A stretch of 64,000 nt of DNA from Gordius albopunctatus (Eukaryota): positions 11,594,001 to 11,658,000 of the forward strand of contig OZ193909.1 in the NCBI GenBank assembly GCA_964276515.1, read 5' to 3'. Of the stretch, positions 1 to 12,310 are shown piece after piece (positions within the stretch are counted from its first letter, which is position 1; every line of letters begins with the position of its first letter). The position numbers and the translations under genes are program-made. The notes beneath the pieces are model-generated. The model was not told where the DNA came from, did not search any database, and saw only the letters and a list, made by a program, of their open reading frames with translations.

Positions 1-153
1 TGTATAGTTCAAGTTCAGAACTTGAAAAAAATAACTAGCTCAAGTTCAATCTTAAAAAAAATGAACTAGTTCAAGTTCGCAGTTCAAATTTTTTGGAAGG
101 TAACTAGTTTAGTTTTAAGTTCAGAAAAAAGTGAACTAGTTCTTAACAGCTCT
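1..153. repeat. AACTAGTTC(AAGTTC) repeat cluster, probable end of a TIR element
   Basis: About five copies of ACTAGTT/CAAGTTC ending in ACAGCTCTA. Confidence 0.5.
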
Positions 154-917
154 ACTTATAGGGTATTCCAACCTAGCTATGTTCCCCTAGGCAAGTATAG
201 CCGATTATAACCTTGCTTAGCCAAACGCTTTATGATAAATATCGATGTCAAACTTTAAAATTAACATCATTTTGGCTCATGATTTAAATTTTTAGATCTC
301 TTGGGCAACGGTTATTATTATATGTAGAAGATGGAAATAAATTAGGGATGTTTGTTAAAGATGTAGTAGGATACTTTTTAAACGGCTACTAATTCCATGC
401 TTACCTTTTTATAATGTGCAAGCATATTAATCAATAGCATATGTTTTTGGATTCAAGTTTTTCCATTAAATCTTCACAAGATAAATTTTTTTGTCATTTC
501 ACTATACATCTCATGCAAACTTTTAACATACTTTTGCAGTTCGACCTGGTCTCAACAGGTATTAAAACATAATGACGACTTAACTACCGTAAAAATATAT
601 ACTGGCAACATATAGTTTTTTAAAATCGATGGAAATGTTCCAAAAATAAAATATTTTTCCTTGAATTATTACCGTTATTATGTTTAGTTCCCAGCTTTTT
701 GTTAAAATAAATATTAAATTTTAACTTCAAGCTATTAAATGCAATTATTTGTTCCTATATTTATAATTTTAGTATAGAAGGAAATAAATCTAAATTATTT
801 TTAATATCTAATTAGGCTCTTTAATAGGCCCAGTCCGCGAACTGGGATTGGGCCTGCGGGTTGACTTGGCCTATGCTGGTCTCTAATATAAGTATATTGA
901 AATTGATTGGAAATTAC

Positions 918-3900
918 CTAATTTTTGTGCTTCTTCCCAGTATGGTAGTTCCTCTTTGACAATAAATACGTACACGTAAGTTCGATGTTTTCTTTCTGGG
1001 TTCTTTAATTAAGTTTAAATAGATAAATATTAACTATTTATTGATATATCTTTAAAAATATTAATAGATTCTATTTAATTATGAAAAATTAAAAAATGTG
1101 TGATTATTAACATGCTTAAAATCGTATAAAAATCAAGTAAAAAGACAACTTATTTCAAAAAATTTAATTTAACGATGGTAATAATACATCATCTTTTTCT
1201 TGTAAAAAGACAATTAAATTGCTAATTTATTTAATGTCATAATTTACAAAAAGTTTTAAAAAAAACGATTGAAATACCAAGATTTAAAAAATACATTAAA
1301 TAATGCATTCTAAAATGTTTAACCGATTAAAAGGGAAAAATATATAATAAACTGCTAAATAGGCGATATGTAGTATACAAAAAATTGATCTATCCCCAAA
1401 TTTATCATACTATTATTAGTATGAAAATTCAAGAAGTAGCTCTAATTTAAACTTTGCCTTAATGAAGCAAATATCTTTCAAGCCTTTGTTGATATGTCAA
1501 TCATGCTGTAATATATACAAATGGTTATTCGCTAATTTTAAAGGTTTTCCCTCATACCAAATGTGTAATAATGAAACGGAACACGTCAATTCTTCGTCCT
1601 ACCAATTCCTTGTTGTACCCTTACTTCGATTTTTTATTATTGATATAAATCATCAGGAATATGAGCATTAAACACGTCCAATTTTATGCCTAGAAATTAC
1701 GATTTGCCTACAACTCTGATTTTCTGTAATTATTTGTAAAAAATGTGGGCAGAATCGCACCAAATCCTTTTCTAAGCATCCCCTCGGTAAATTCAAGTGC
1801 TTAAAGTGTTCAAAAAAATTTAAAGTGGGGACTTTAGCGCAAGAAACGTAGAAAAGACAACTTATAAAGTTTGAAGACCGGGATTTGCAAGCACTACTTG
1901 CTATGGAATGCAGAATAATTAAATGGACATGAGAAGGTGTTTTCTTCCGTTTGCAAGGCATAATTTGAAAATTAGGTTCCACGTTAAATGAATAAGGTAG
2001 CGGATTCACATAGAAGCCATTTGCGAAATGCTGCTAGCCAGGAAAAAGTTAAAGTTATTTCTCAATCGATTTGTGACTGGGGCTTATAATTGGGTATAGT
2101 ATGAAATCTTGGGCATAAAAGATCATTGGCAACTCTATCCGAAACAATAACTTAAACTGTAAGGCCAAATCGCAATGCTTTCTTTTAGGTGAAACAATAG
2201 GGTGGGATCTATTATGAGCTGCTAAAATTTGGAGATGCTGTTAATACTTAACCCCACCACCAGCAAATAATCGATTAGAATTATGCTTTATATAAAACAC
2301 GATCACATATGATTATGTACCAAATCTCACAACAAAATAGGTTAGGAAACGATTAGTGTTTCGATCTCATATCGGTCTCAAAAGCAAAACCTCATCTTGT
2401 ATCGGGTGCTAATATGAGAATCTTGTCTCGGTCTAGAAAAATCTCGGCCTCGTCTCGTTAAGAAACCTTGACATATCTCGAATTTTATTTTTAAAAAAAT
2501 TAAAATGGCGCCCATTTTTTTATTAAAAAATCTTATAAACGTATCATTTGCATATATAAAGTATCTGGGACCCTTAGTTAGCATTGGCAAAAATGTGTAA
2601 TGTCTTAGATAAATAATTTAAGGAAATATTTGTAGCCCTCTGAAATGACCTTCATAATTTCAATCGTAAAGAATTTATTCCATGTTTATCATAATGTTAT
2701 AAAAACCCTAAAAGATACGTGTTGATACTTTTTATTAATATTTAAAACATAAGTATTTAGCTGCAGACATTATAACGTTGTAAAAACAAAAATAGGAAAT
2801 ATTTGTAGCCCTCTGAAATAACCTTCATAATTTCAATCGTAAAGAATTTATTGCATGTTTATCATAATGTTATAAGAACCCTAAAAGATACGGGTTGATA
2901 CTTTTTATTAATATTTAAAACATAAGTATTTAGCTGCAGACATTATAATGTTGTAAAAACAACAATAAAAGTAGCATAGTTACTGGTAGGAATAAGAGTT
3001 TTGAGTTTTAAATAAATTGCACCATATGTATTAGAGACCAGAGGTCATTTTGTTACAATTTTCCTGCCTGAACCCGGCCCGATTTTATAATGAATCTACC
3101 CCCCCCCCCCGAACCTTTCTATGTGTCCGCCCGGCAATGCCCGAATTATCCCAGCTGTCCGGACCGAAATGGTGTGTTTTAAAAATCGTTATATTTTTTA
3201 AAACTTTTATTTTTTTTAAATGAGAACTGGATTAACAAACATTATGAAATCAATTTAAAAAGTGGCAAAATATACACAAAGACAATATAATACATTATTT
3301 TAAAAACAAAATAGATTCCGAATTGCCCGAATCTTGTTATGGTGCCCACCCGAAAGTTAAAATTTATGACAGTTTCCCGGCCCGGCCCACGGCAAATCTG
3401 ATCTCTGTTAGAGACCTGCAACGGGCCTGTTTAGGTCAGTCGGCCAGCCCGTAATAAAAGTTTAAAGCCCGGCCCGGGCCCGTCAAAATATTAAACTATA
3501 AGCTCGGGCCCGGCCCGCTAATTTCATACAAAGCTCGAGCCCGGCCCAGCCCGTAAAAAAGAATTTATTGCATGTTTATCATAATGTTATAAGAATCCTA
3601 AAAGATACGGGTTGATACTTTTTATTAATATTTAAAACATAAGTATTTAGCTGCAGACATTATAATGTTGTAAAAACAACAATAAAAGTAGCATAGTTAC
3701 TGGTAGGAATAAGAGTTTTGAGTTTTAAATAAATTGCACCATATGTATTAGAGACCAGAGGTCATTTTGTTACAATTTTCCTGCCTGAACCCGGCCCGAT
3801 TTTATAATGAATCTACCCCCCCCCCCCGAACCTTTCTATGTGTCCGCCCGGCAATGCCCGAATTATCCCAGCTGTCCGGACCGAAATGGTGTGTTTTAAA

Positions 3901-6900
3901 AATCGTTATATTTTTTAAAACTTTTATTTTTTTTAAATGAGAACTGGATTAACAAACATTATGAAATCAATTTAAAAAGTGGCAAAATATACACAAAGAC
4001 AATATAATACATTATTTTAAAAACAAAATAGATTCCGAATTGCCCGAATCTTGTTATGGTGCCCACCCGAAAGTTAAAATTTATGACAGTTTCCCGGCCC
4101 GGCCCACGGCAAATCTGATCTCTGTTAGAGACCTGCAACGGGCCTGTTTAGGTCAGTCGGCCAGCCCGTAATAAAAGTTTAAAGCCCGGCCCGGGCCCGT
4201 CAAAATATTAAACTATAAGCTCGGGCCCGGCCCGCTAATTTCATACAAAGCTCGAGCCCGGCCCAGCCCGTAAAATTTTTTTTTTACTTTTTTTTATGGA
4301 TATGGCGAACAATATATTTGTGTTAAAAATGTTAATAAAAATAGTTTAAAAAGAAAAATTTGGTAATTCCCGGTCACTCGAGTTCTTCTATCTTTTAAGA
4401 AACGACCTACATGGAAAAAATTTTTTACAAGTGGCACTTCAGGATACATAAAACTATATTATCAAAATAAACTTTTAAAACCCTTATTTAAGGTTATAAT
4501 GTTTTAACAAAACTAAATACTCAGCTTCTATTACCAGATTTAGCTCAGTCCGATTATTACTTATTTGCATTGATTTGACACGCTGAGCAGCGCTTCTTGT
4601 CGTGCAAATGTACGAATTGACTTGATTATTGGTTTACATCAGGTGAGCCACAATTTTTTGGTATAAATCCACAAATTACCAGATGTGTAAAAACATGTAT
4701 TGCTAGCGATGGGCAATACGTTAATAAAATATTTTCATCATTATTGATGCAATCAGTATACATGTGTTTTAAATCAAAAAATCGGCATTTTAATAGCTTA
4801 ATATAATTATAAAATCTTTATGAGACATGGCCCTTGTTGGCTATTGGCGAATCTAATGAATAGTTTTTTATTTATATTATTTTGTGCTCATTTATTACAT
4901 ATTTTATGTATTATTTTTACCTAATAAAAGCTTTAAATTTTTTAAAATGACACATTATTTGCTTATAAAACTATATTTTAATAGATCAGTAAAGTTTTTT
5001 TCAAACACTAACAAAAAATTATTATATCAACTATTTTTAGACATAAGTAAGGGGTTTCAAAGTTTTTCCGTTAAGTTAAAAAAAAATTGGTCTGTATCAA
5101 ATATCCCTTAAGGAAAATACAATGCAAAGTGAGATACATATAATCCAGTCCAGATAAACCACAATAACAATTAATCGAGAAACCGGACCACCAATTATCT
5201 TATTAAAAAAGTTGGCAAGAGATCTACTAGGCAAAAATAAGCTGTAGTCACTCATTTTAGACGGGACAAAATATCGCCTTAAATCAGAATAACATTTATC
5301 TATGTTTCCAACTCAAAAAGCTCACTAACTCATCTCACGATCATAAACAATGATAATACAGGAGGTGTATGCGATGGTTTAAGCAGATAAACAAATCCAT
5401 GGAAGTAGCAAAGCAGGGGCAATCCCGCATATTAAGTGTTTGTTTAATATAATTTAGCTCAGTTATATTGTTTAAATAGACCAGGCGAAGCCATAATAAT
5501 TTAAAGGACCGTAAACACAAACTAAAACAATGTTCACATTATTAAATTGAAAAAATATGACATTTATTGTTTACGTTTTTTGCATATACATTGAGACAAG
5601 ATTTATGGTTCCGCATTAAGTAATTTTGGGCGAAAGCCAACTCAGACGTTATTTTGTAATTTTGCCATAGCAACAATTTATATTCGATTTTTTTCTTTTT
5701 TAAATTTTATTTTATGACCTTTTATTCGGTAGTAGAACAGCAATAGTTGAAAATGTATGGCAATTCTTCTGTACGTGGGTGTAGCGATTTAATTTAGGGG
5801 ACAAATTAATAATTTTTCAGGAAATTTAATCATAATTTCGTTCATTATGTTTAAGGATTTCCAGATTTATGTAGCGCCTGCACCAATGCTTCTTTTTATA
5901 ATCAATCACCTAATGTTTTAAATTGATATATGCACATTCCGTTTCTTGATAAACCCAGGGATTCATTTGGAATTTTTATGACATAGCTATCCTTTTAATA
6001 GTATTATTTTAATTGCTATGCAATTTATGGGCTCGTTTTTTGTTGTCCGTCCGTCCGTTGTCCGTCCTTCCAACGTTCTGACTTGCTGGTTCGATACCCG
6101 GAGAGGACAATTTTTTTAATTAAATCAATATATTGCTCTTGTTAATACCATTGATAATATGACTTTTTGACCCTCCGCTGGCTACTGACCAATAAAAAAA
6201 ATGACCATTTGCCAAATTGTGATTCGAAAATTTTTTTTTCGTTTTTGAATTGGTATAGGTCAACATTGATAATTACCTATGCCCCCCTACAAGGGACTAT
6301 ACCTCTAATCATATGGGTCCCTGTGCCCCCCCTACAAAAGCCTATGCCTCTACTGATGTGGGTTCGAATCCCGGCGAGGGCAAATTCTTAATTGCTGGTT
6401 CGATACCCGGAGATGACAAAATTTTTAATTAAATTAATATATTGTTCTTGTTAATACCATTGATAATATGACTTTTTGGCCCTCTGTTGGCTACTGACCA
6501 ATAAAAAAATGACCATTGGCCAAATTGTGATTCGAAATTTTTTTTCGTTTTTGAAATGGTATAAGTTAACATTGATTTACCTATGCCCCCCTACAAGGGA
6601 CTATACCTCTAATCATATGGGTCCCTGTGCCCCCCCCCCCTACAAAAGCTTATGCCTTTATTTATCTGGGTTCAAATCCCGGCGAGGGCAAATTCTTAAT
6701 TGCTGGTTCGATACCCGGAGAGGACACATTTCTTTTTTTAATTAAATTAATATATTGTTCTTGTTAATACCATTGATAATATGACTTTTTGACCTTCCGC
6801 TGGCTACTGACCATTGAAAAAAATGACCGATGGACAAATTTTGTTAGAAATTTTTTTTTCGTTTTTTAATTGGTATATTAGGTTAACATTGCTAATTACC

Positions 6901-9648
6901 CTATGCCTCTACTGATATGGGTCCCTCTGCCCCTACAAAAGCTTATGCCTCTATTAATGTGGGTTCGAATCCCGAAGAGGACAAAAAATTTTATTTTTTT
7001 TTAAATTAAATTAATATATTGTTCTCGTTAATACCATTGATAATATGAGTTTTTGACCGTCCCCAGGCTGCTGACCGATGGGAAAAATTTCCATTGGCCA
7101 AATTGTGAATCGAAATTTTTTTTCCGTTTTTTTTTGACTCTTATGATTGTTCCTGTTAATGCCATTGATAATATGACTTTTTGACCGTCCGCAGGCTACT
7201 GACCAATGGGAAAAATGACCATTGGCCAAAGTGAGCATCAAAAAATTTTTTCCCGTTATTTTGGCTATCATTGACTTATAGAGTATTTGTTGGTACTGAC
7301 CAATGAAAAAAATGACCATTGGCCAAAATGTGAATCGAATTTTTTTTGTTTTTTTTGACTCGTATGTATTTATAGACCATCTCTGGGTACTGACCAATGG
7401 AAAAAAAATGACCATTGGCCAATTCTCGTTTTTTTTGACTCGTATGTATTTATAGACCGTTGTAATGATCTGAAACGTCGATATTCCCCCCCCCAGAGAT
7501 GAATCAAGATTTTAAGGATTTGAAAGATTACGAAGCATCTACTACAATTGCTTGTGTCACCAAAATGTTTTTAGACAAAAAATTTGCGGTTCACCCAAAA
7601 TTCGTTAAAGATTTAGAGAAGTATTATGCTGCACAAACTGAATCCCTCAATTTTTGTTAAATTATCTATAATATATTGATTTTCTATTATTGTTTCATTT
7701 TATTATATACTAAACATAAAACACAACTTTATTATTTCATTATCTATATAAATAACATAAAAAATTCTATAATTTTAATACCAGCATGGTATGAGTGGTT
7801 ATAGCGACATCTTACTGACTTGCAGGTTGGTGATCGAGACCCGGAGAGGACAAAAAATTTTTATTTTTTTTAAAATTAATATTATGTTCTTGTTAATACC
7901 ATGTATAATATGACTTTTTGACCGTCCGCAGGCTACTGACCAATGAAAAAATGACCATTGACCAAATAAATCCAAATTTTTCGTTTTTGAATAGGTTGAC
8001 ATTGATAATTACCCTATGCCCTCCCCTACAAGGGCCTATGCCTCTATGGGTGCCTGTGCTACAAAGGCTTATGCCTCTATTTAATGTGGGTTCGAATCCC
8101 GGCGAGGGCAATTTTTTTTTAATTAAATGGAAAATTTGCATAAATAATTAACTAATCATTTTGCATTTAATACCCCTCTATAGGCATTTCTGCCCCTTCC
8201 CACCTTTCTCGCCCATAAATTGCATAGCAAATATGCTACGTTTATACGGAGTATAGATGAGTTTCGTTCCCCCTTCCCTCCTTCCCCTCCCCCTTTCCAC
8301 GAGGGCCGAAGGTCTGAGTATAATTATTATAAGTAATCGAATTTCTAACTATTGTTAATTAAATTCGCCATAAATTTATAAATTATTTTTTTGTAACAAA
8401 TTGGAACAAATACAAGATTAATGAGCACATATGAAAAAATTATCGCTTTTAAATTTCTCCCTTGAGCGCAAGTGTGATAAAAGATTCACGCCAAACTTAT
8501 TGCAGTCACAAATAACCCACATTTTCTCTTCAAAAACTGATGCATTTGTTTTCTCGCGTTGTTAAATTGCTGAATATTATTTAGCGATCGCCCCCATTCT
8601 GTCATCATAAATAATTACTATATATATATGATAAAACCCTCTCCATTCTGAGATGGATACGATAATCATTAGGAGATTTAAGTTTTTTTAAAAAGTTAAC
8701 GCTTAGGGTTCACATTAGCCAGAAAAGTCACGCTCTATCAATTTTAAAAAATCATGATTATTACTTACTGGATGTAACTAAACAACAAATATTATAATTT
8801 GAATGAATGACGTATTATGCCCAAAATATTATAAAACTGTCATGTATAATAATATTTAAAAGTATTCTGGAATGAAAATTCAGTTCAAAATTTTAGTTAA
8901 TTTATGGCTCTGAGCTTAAAGGTTTGAAAATTTCCAAACAAAAACTCACCTATTAATACATCCAATTCAATGCCTTTATTCTATTTTAGATTTTGATTTA
9001 ATATATTTTCATCATATTATGAATTGAGTCATCATTAGTTTATATAATGCCATGAAATTTATACCAAATAATAAATAAATAATGTGGATTTAAATTTAAA
9101 GCAAGTTTGGAAATTTAATATCCTTTGCAACAGATAATATAAAAATTAAAATTTTATAGGCAATATAAAATGGGCTAATCTACCAGTGAAATCTTTTCCT
9201 TTAAATTTCAAAGAATATCAAATTATATGATATACATGTGCATTACCTCAAATTTGCCAAGATATCTTCCTAATTGTCCACGTATTCCAGCTTCTTCTTG
9301 AACCTCCCTTTTTGCAGCTGAAGGAGGATCTTCTTCAGGTTCTAAGCCACCACCTGGTATTACCCAATGATCAGGGCTTCGACTACTTGTTATAAGTAGC
9401 ACCTGTTTAAAAGAAATAAGATTAATATTAGCAATAAAAGAATTATATAGATTATGAGGATAAAGTTTGCTAATTGATTCGACAAAATAAATACTCAATA
9501 TCACCATCTAATTTACATATAAAAGGGAAAAATATTGTCATAAGCTAACTTCTGATTCAGAATCATTCTTCACACAAACACATGCAGCACGCTGTCGGTA
9601 TCCTTCATTGTCATAGATTCTTGTCTGATTGTTTTTTTCTTTCACCAT
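918..9648 (-). CDS. NUDT3: Diphosphoinositol polyphosphate phosphohydrolase (DIPP; NUDT3/Aps-like Nudix hydrolase), 3'-partial
   Basis: Exons on the minus strand: 9648-9550 (MVKEKNNQTRIYDNEGYRQRAACVCVKNDSESE), 9402-9247 (VLLITSSRSPDHWVIPGGGLEPEEDPPSAAKREVQEEAGIRGQLGRYLGKFE, containing the Nudix box) and 1002-918 (NPERKHRTYVYVFIVKEELPYWEEAQKLG). All splice sites are GT-AG and phases are consistent. The final exon (GRKRxWF...) was not found in 1-917, so it is presumably off-window. Confidence 0.93.
1674..2310 (+). mobile_element. Degenerate mariner transposase, 5' part (Mos1/mauritiana-like)
   Basis: Fragmented translation TSNFMPRNYDLPTTLIFCNYL*KMWAESHQ..., FEDRDLQALL, ICEMLLAR...FLNRFVTG and YYELLKFGDAVNT parallels Mos1 (LIFCFHLKKTAAESHR, YEDAELQALL, CEILLSR..FLHRIVTG, YYELLKPGETVNT). 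Stops and frameshifts are present. Confidence 0.85.
2621..4274. repeat. Nested tandem duplications: ~173-bp unit x2 (2621-2966) and 717-bp unit x2 (2841-3557, 3558-4274)
   Basis: The AAAGAATTTATTGCATG anchor occurs at 2841 and 3558. The two 717-bp copies are nearly identical by eye. Confidence 0.92.
3039..3407. mobile_element. hAT-type MITE, family A (CAGAG(G/A)TCA TIR); duplicated at 3756-4124
   Basis: Ends CAGAGGTCATTTTG ... CAAATCTGATCTCTG, with an exact 8-bp TSD TTAGAGAC (3031-3038 / 3408-3415) and CCCGA/CCCGG subterminal motifs. Confidence 0.85.
4527..4808 (+). mobile_element. Degenerate mariner transposase, 3' part
   Basis: PDLAQSDYYLFALI*HA-EQRF and IHKLP...CIASDGQY match the Mos1 C-terminus (YSPDLAPSDYHLF...IHKLPERWEKCVASDGKYFE). 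It is collinear with the 5' part, separated by ~2.2 kb of insertions. Confidence 0.85.
6083..7460 (+). repeat. ~308-bp tandem repeat array (units start ~6083, 6392, 6700; degenerate sub-units to 7460; another copy at 7825-8125)
   Basis: Recurrent TTGCTGGTTCGATACCCGGAGA, ATACCATTGATAATATGACTTTTTGACC, TACTGACCAAT and GGTTCGAATCCCGGCGAGGGCAA blocks. Confidence 0.9.
7497..7655 (+). pseudogene. Isolated serpin-like exon (53 codons, phase 1-1)
   Basis: Preceded by a polypyrimidine-CAG acceptor and followed by a GTTAAA donor. The frame is open: MNQDFKDLKDYEASTTIACVTKMFLDKKFAVHPKFVKDLEKYYAAQTESLNF, matching the serpin s2A-hE-s1A consensus (..N.LFV.K...LKP.F....KKYY.AE..SVDF). No other serpin exons were found in the window. 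Confidence 0.7.
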
Positions 9649-12046
9649 TTAATGAGAACCGAGGCCATTTTTAAAATTATTTTTTTTTAAGTCATAACAT
9701 TTTAAATGTATGTATTGGAACATGTGATTTATCGTTAAGGTTGATGATTAAGATTTGATAATCATTAGAAGAGTTTTTTTCCGACGAGTTTAGCCAGGGA
9801 AATAAGAAATGGATTCGCTAATTATGGCCCCCTGATAATAATCATAATTCAAAAAGAAAAAAAAATTAATGTAAAGTTCAAGTAAAAGTACTAAAAAGGT
9901 AATTAAGCTGAGCAGCTAGATTTATTAAGCTTAGCTATACGAAAATTCTTGTTTAGGTTATATGAGGCAAGAACATCGGAACAGGTATATTTCCAAATGA
10001 ACAAAAGTCCTTTTTCCCAAGAAAATTGATTTTTGCCGTTGGTTCTTTTGCAATCCTCACATAAGCCGGGAAACCTGCTTTGTTAAAATAAAAATGGATA
10101 AGTTAATTAACCACGGCATGACGAATGTAGCTTTGATGCAATTGCGGTGAAGGTCATGATGTCCATTAGATTTGACAGAACTATTAAAAAGTTAGCAAAT
10201 GAGTTTATAAACTATATTGCTACCTAGTTTAAGGCCTGCTGAGGTACGAAAGTTATATGATAAAACTAGACCGTATTTTGTAAGGCGACCAGGGGGGGGG
10301 GGGGGTGCAATGTCAGTGATGAGGTGAAGCCTTCATCGGACGAACGGCTTGATAAAAATGCTAAAATGGAAATAAAGGCAATTTAATCTAAGGTATACAT
10401 ACCTATACCACACTTAGAAGGCATGCTTGTTGCCTGTGTGTAAAGCCTAGAGGGAGATTAGTTATTTTTATTGGTTGAGACCTAAGTTCTTTATTTTCAG
10501 GGCTTTGCTGTGTAAGAACACTGCCGAGGACCGAATACTATAAACAATTTTTTGGTAATTTCACAAATAAAAATAGTCTAACTTTATCAATTCATTTTTT
10601 AAAGTAATAAAAAGATGAAATAAATACTCTGTATTTAAACCGGTAAAATTTCTAATAATTTAACATTTTGAATCTATTTGTTTTACTGGCCTGTACAATA
10701 TTTTAATCGCTAATATCAGTTTTAATGATTGTTTGGGACCTATATCGGAGGTTTGTCCTTTAAAACTTAAATATCATTTACTTTTTTACACATTACTTAT
10801 TTATCCAAAAAATGTTTATAAATAAATCATTTTAGGATTGACTCTATTTTCTTTGGTTTATCTCTATATATACAAATGATTTAAACTTTAATACTTCTTA
10901 AAGTAGCGACTTAGGTCTTTCAATTGCTTATAATTCCATAGAACAACTCTGCAAAATTTTGTTAATTAGTTTTTAAGGTATTACACCAAACGCTATGTCA
11001 AAAACATGTTGATTTTTAATTCAAATCTTATACAGTTTTTTGATAGAAGGTTATTTTGCTGCCAAATGCATAAGATTATAGTGTCTCAATTTATTTCCTT
11101 TTCAAAAATTATGAAAATTATTGTCAATTTTTATAATTTAAGAATCCTTTTTATGGAAAAACACTTTTAAAAGGACTTTGATAAATCTTTTAGGTAAATA
11201 TAAAGTCAATTAGTATTTCAGGCTTATTCTTTTAACAAATTTAATAATGCTAAATTTAGATAATCATGTTTTATAAAATATGTTAGTTCACATTTTAAGT
11301 TTTAAAATATCACATAATTTAAACATTCTAAGTGTTAAATTTAAGACTAAAATTTGATATTCACGAGTTATATTTGATTTAATAAATTTTTGGTAATTAT
11401 TAAAGTGATAATCATTTAGGCTTTGTTGTGTATTTGTTAATCCAATTGGAATTTGGAAAAAATTAATTAAAAAAGAGGGCGCGTAAGGTAGGCAGTACAG
11501 AGGAGGTTGATATTTTTAAAGAAAAGAAAGTTTATTGATATTATATCTACTTATAAGTAGTCTAAAATATTACAATTAATATAATATAAAAAGAGCGTTA
11601 TAAAAGAAAAAAATTTTATCTTCCTCCTTTAAAAGAGGCGAGGGATCCAAAATAAATTTAAAATAAATTTTCCAATTAAAATTGCATGGATATATTATTA
11701 AAATGTGTGGGAATATTTAAAAGGAGGGGATCGTCTGCTAACGCCATTCTTCCACAAATTTCAGAACAGGAGAAGATAATTATAATTAACTTCAAAAGGT
11801 CCTTGTATTTTTTAGCTTGCGATCTTTGGCAACGGCCATAAATTTTATGGGGCGAATAAGTCGATGAATGTGAAGTCCTATTTTATAAGGAAAATATTTT
11901 ACCGAGTGAGGAATCGTCAGGGCTCATTCTACATTCATGGGAAGGGTTTGACAGTTCATGTGAACATAAATAAAGCGATTTGGAGGGCTCTTTGAATGAT
12001 GGAATTGTGTTGGGAATTTCTTAATTTATTTAAACTGCAGTGTAAC

Positions 12047-12310
12047 TAGTGGTGCGGAAAACCCGAGAAAATTCTCGGTCTCGTCTCGAATTAAATATAA
12101 TACATAATTTAACAACACAATTCAATTGACCATATTATTATGGTTTATAATAAAACCTAAAGAGATCTCGTTGATAAAATCTCGTATCGTCTCGCCTCGA
12201 GATCAAAATATCGTCTCGATCTCGCAAATTTTCAATTTTTTCCCGCAACACAAGACGACCCTGGGATTTTTCTAACCCGAAACGATATCGATGATCGTAC
12301 CCAAAACGAG
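12047..12310. mobile_element. MITE fragment with TCTCGTCTCG subterminal motifs (relative at ~2337-2481)
   Basis: TAGTGGTGCGGAAAA start and repeated TCTCG motifs, also seen at 2360-2481. Confidence 0.5.

Larger units (their letters stand above)
6013..8320 (+). mobile_element. Helentron/DINE-1-like non-autonomous element (HINE) with central tandem repeats
   Basis: 20-bp subterminal inverted repeats TTGCTATGCAATTTATGGGC (6013-6032) and GCCCATAAATTGCATAGCAA (8211-8230). A (GTCC)n microsatellite lies at ~6045-6068, central ~308-bp tandem units follow, and a short GGCCGAAGGTC hairpin sits near 8304-8314. No TSD seen. Confidence 0.7.

Noticed and set aside
400..546. Candidate last exon of DIPP (CAG|GTCGA...)
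   Set aside because: It translates GRTAKVC* and lacks the expected GRKRxWF motif.
7781..7850. Genuine tRNA gene
   Set aside because: It has A- and B-box-like motifs, but I could not form an acceptor or anticodon stem. Treated as a tRNA-derived repeat head.
6167..8151. Short ORFs from the track in the repeat array (and similar ORFs in MITEs or antisense to exons)
   Set aside because: They derive from repeat sequence or are shadows of real exons, with no domain signal.
10233..10255. Hammerhead-like CTGCTGAG...GAAA
   Set aside because: The core is CUGCUGA rather than CUGANGA, with no proper stem II and no stems I or III.
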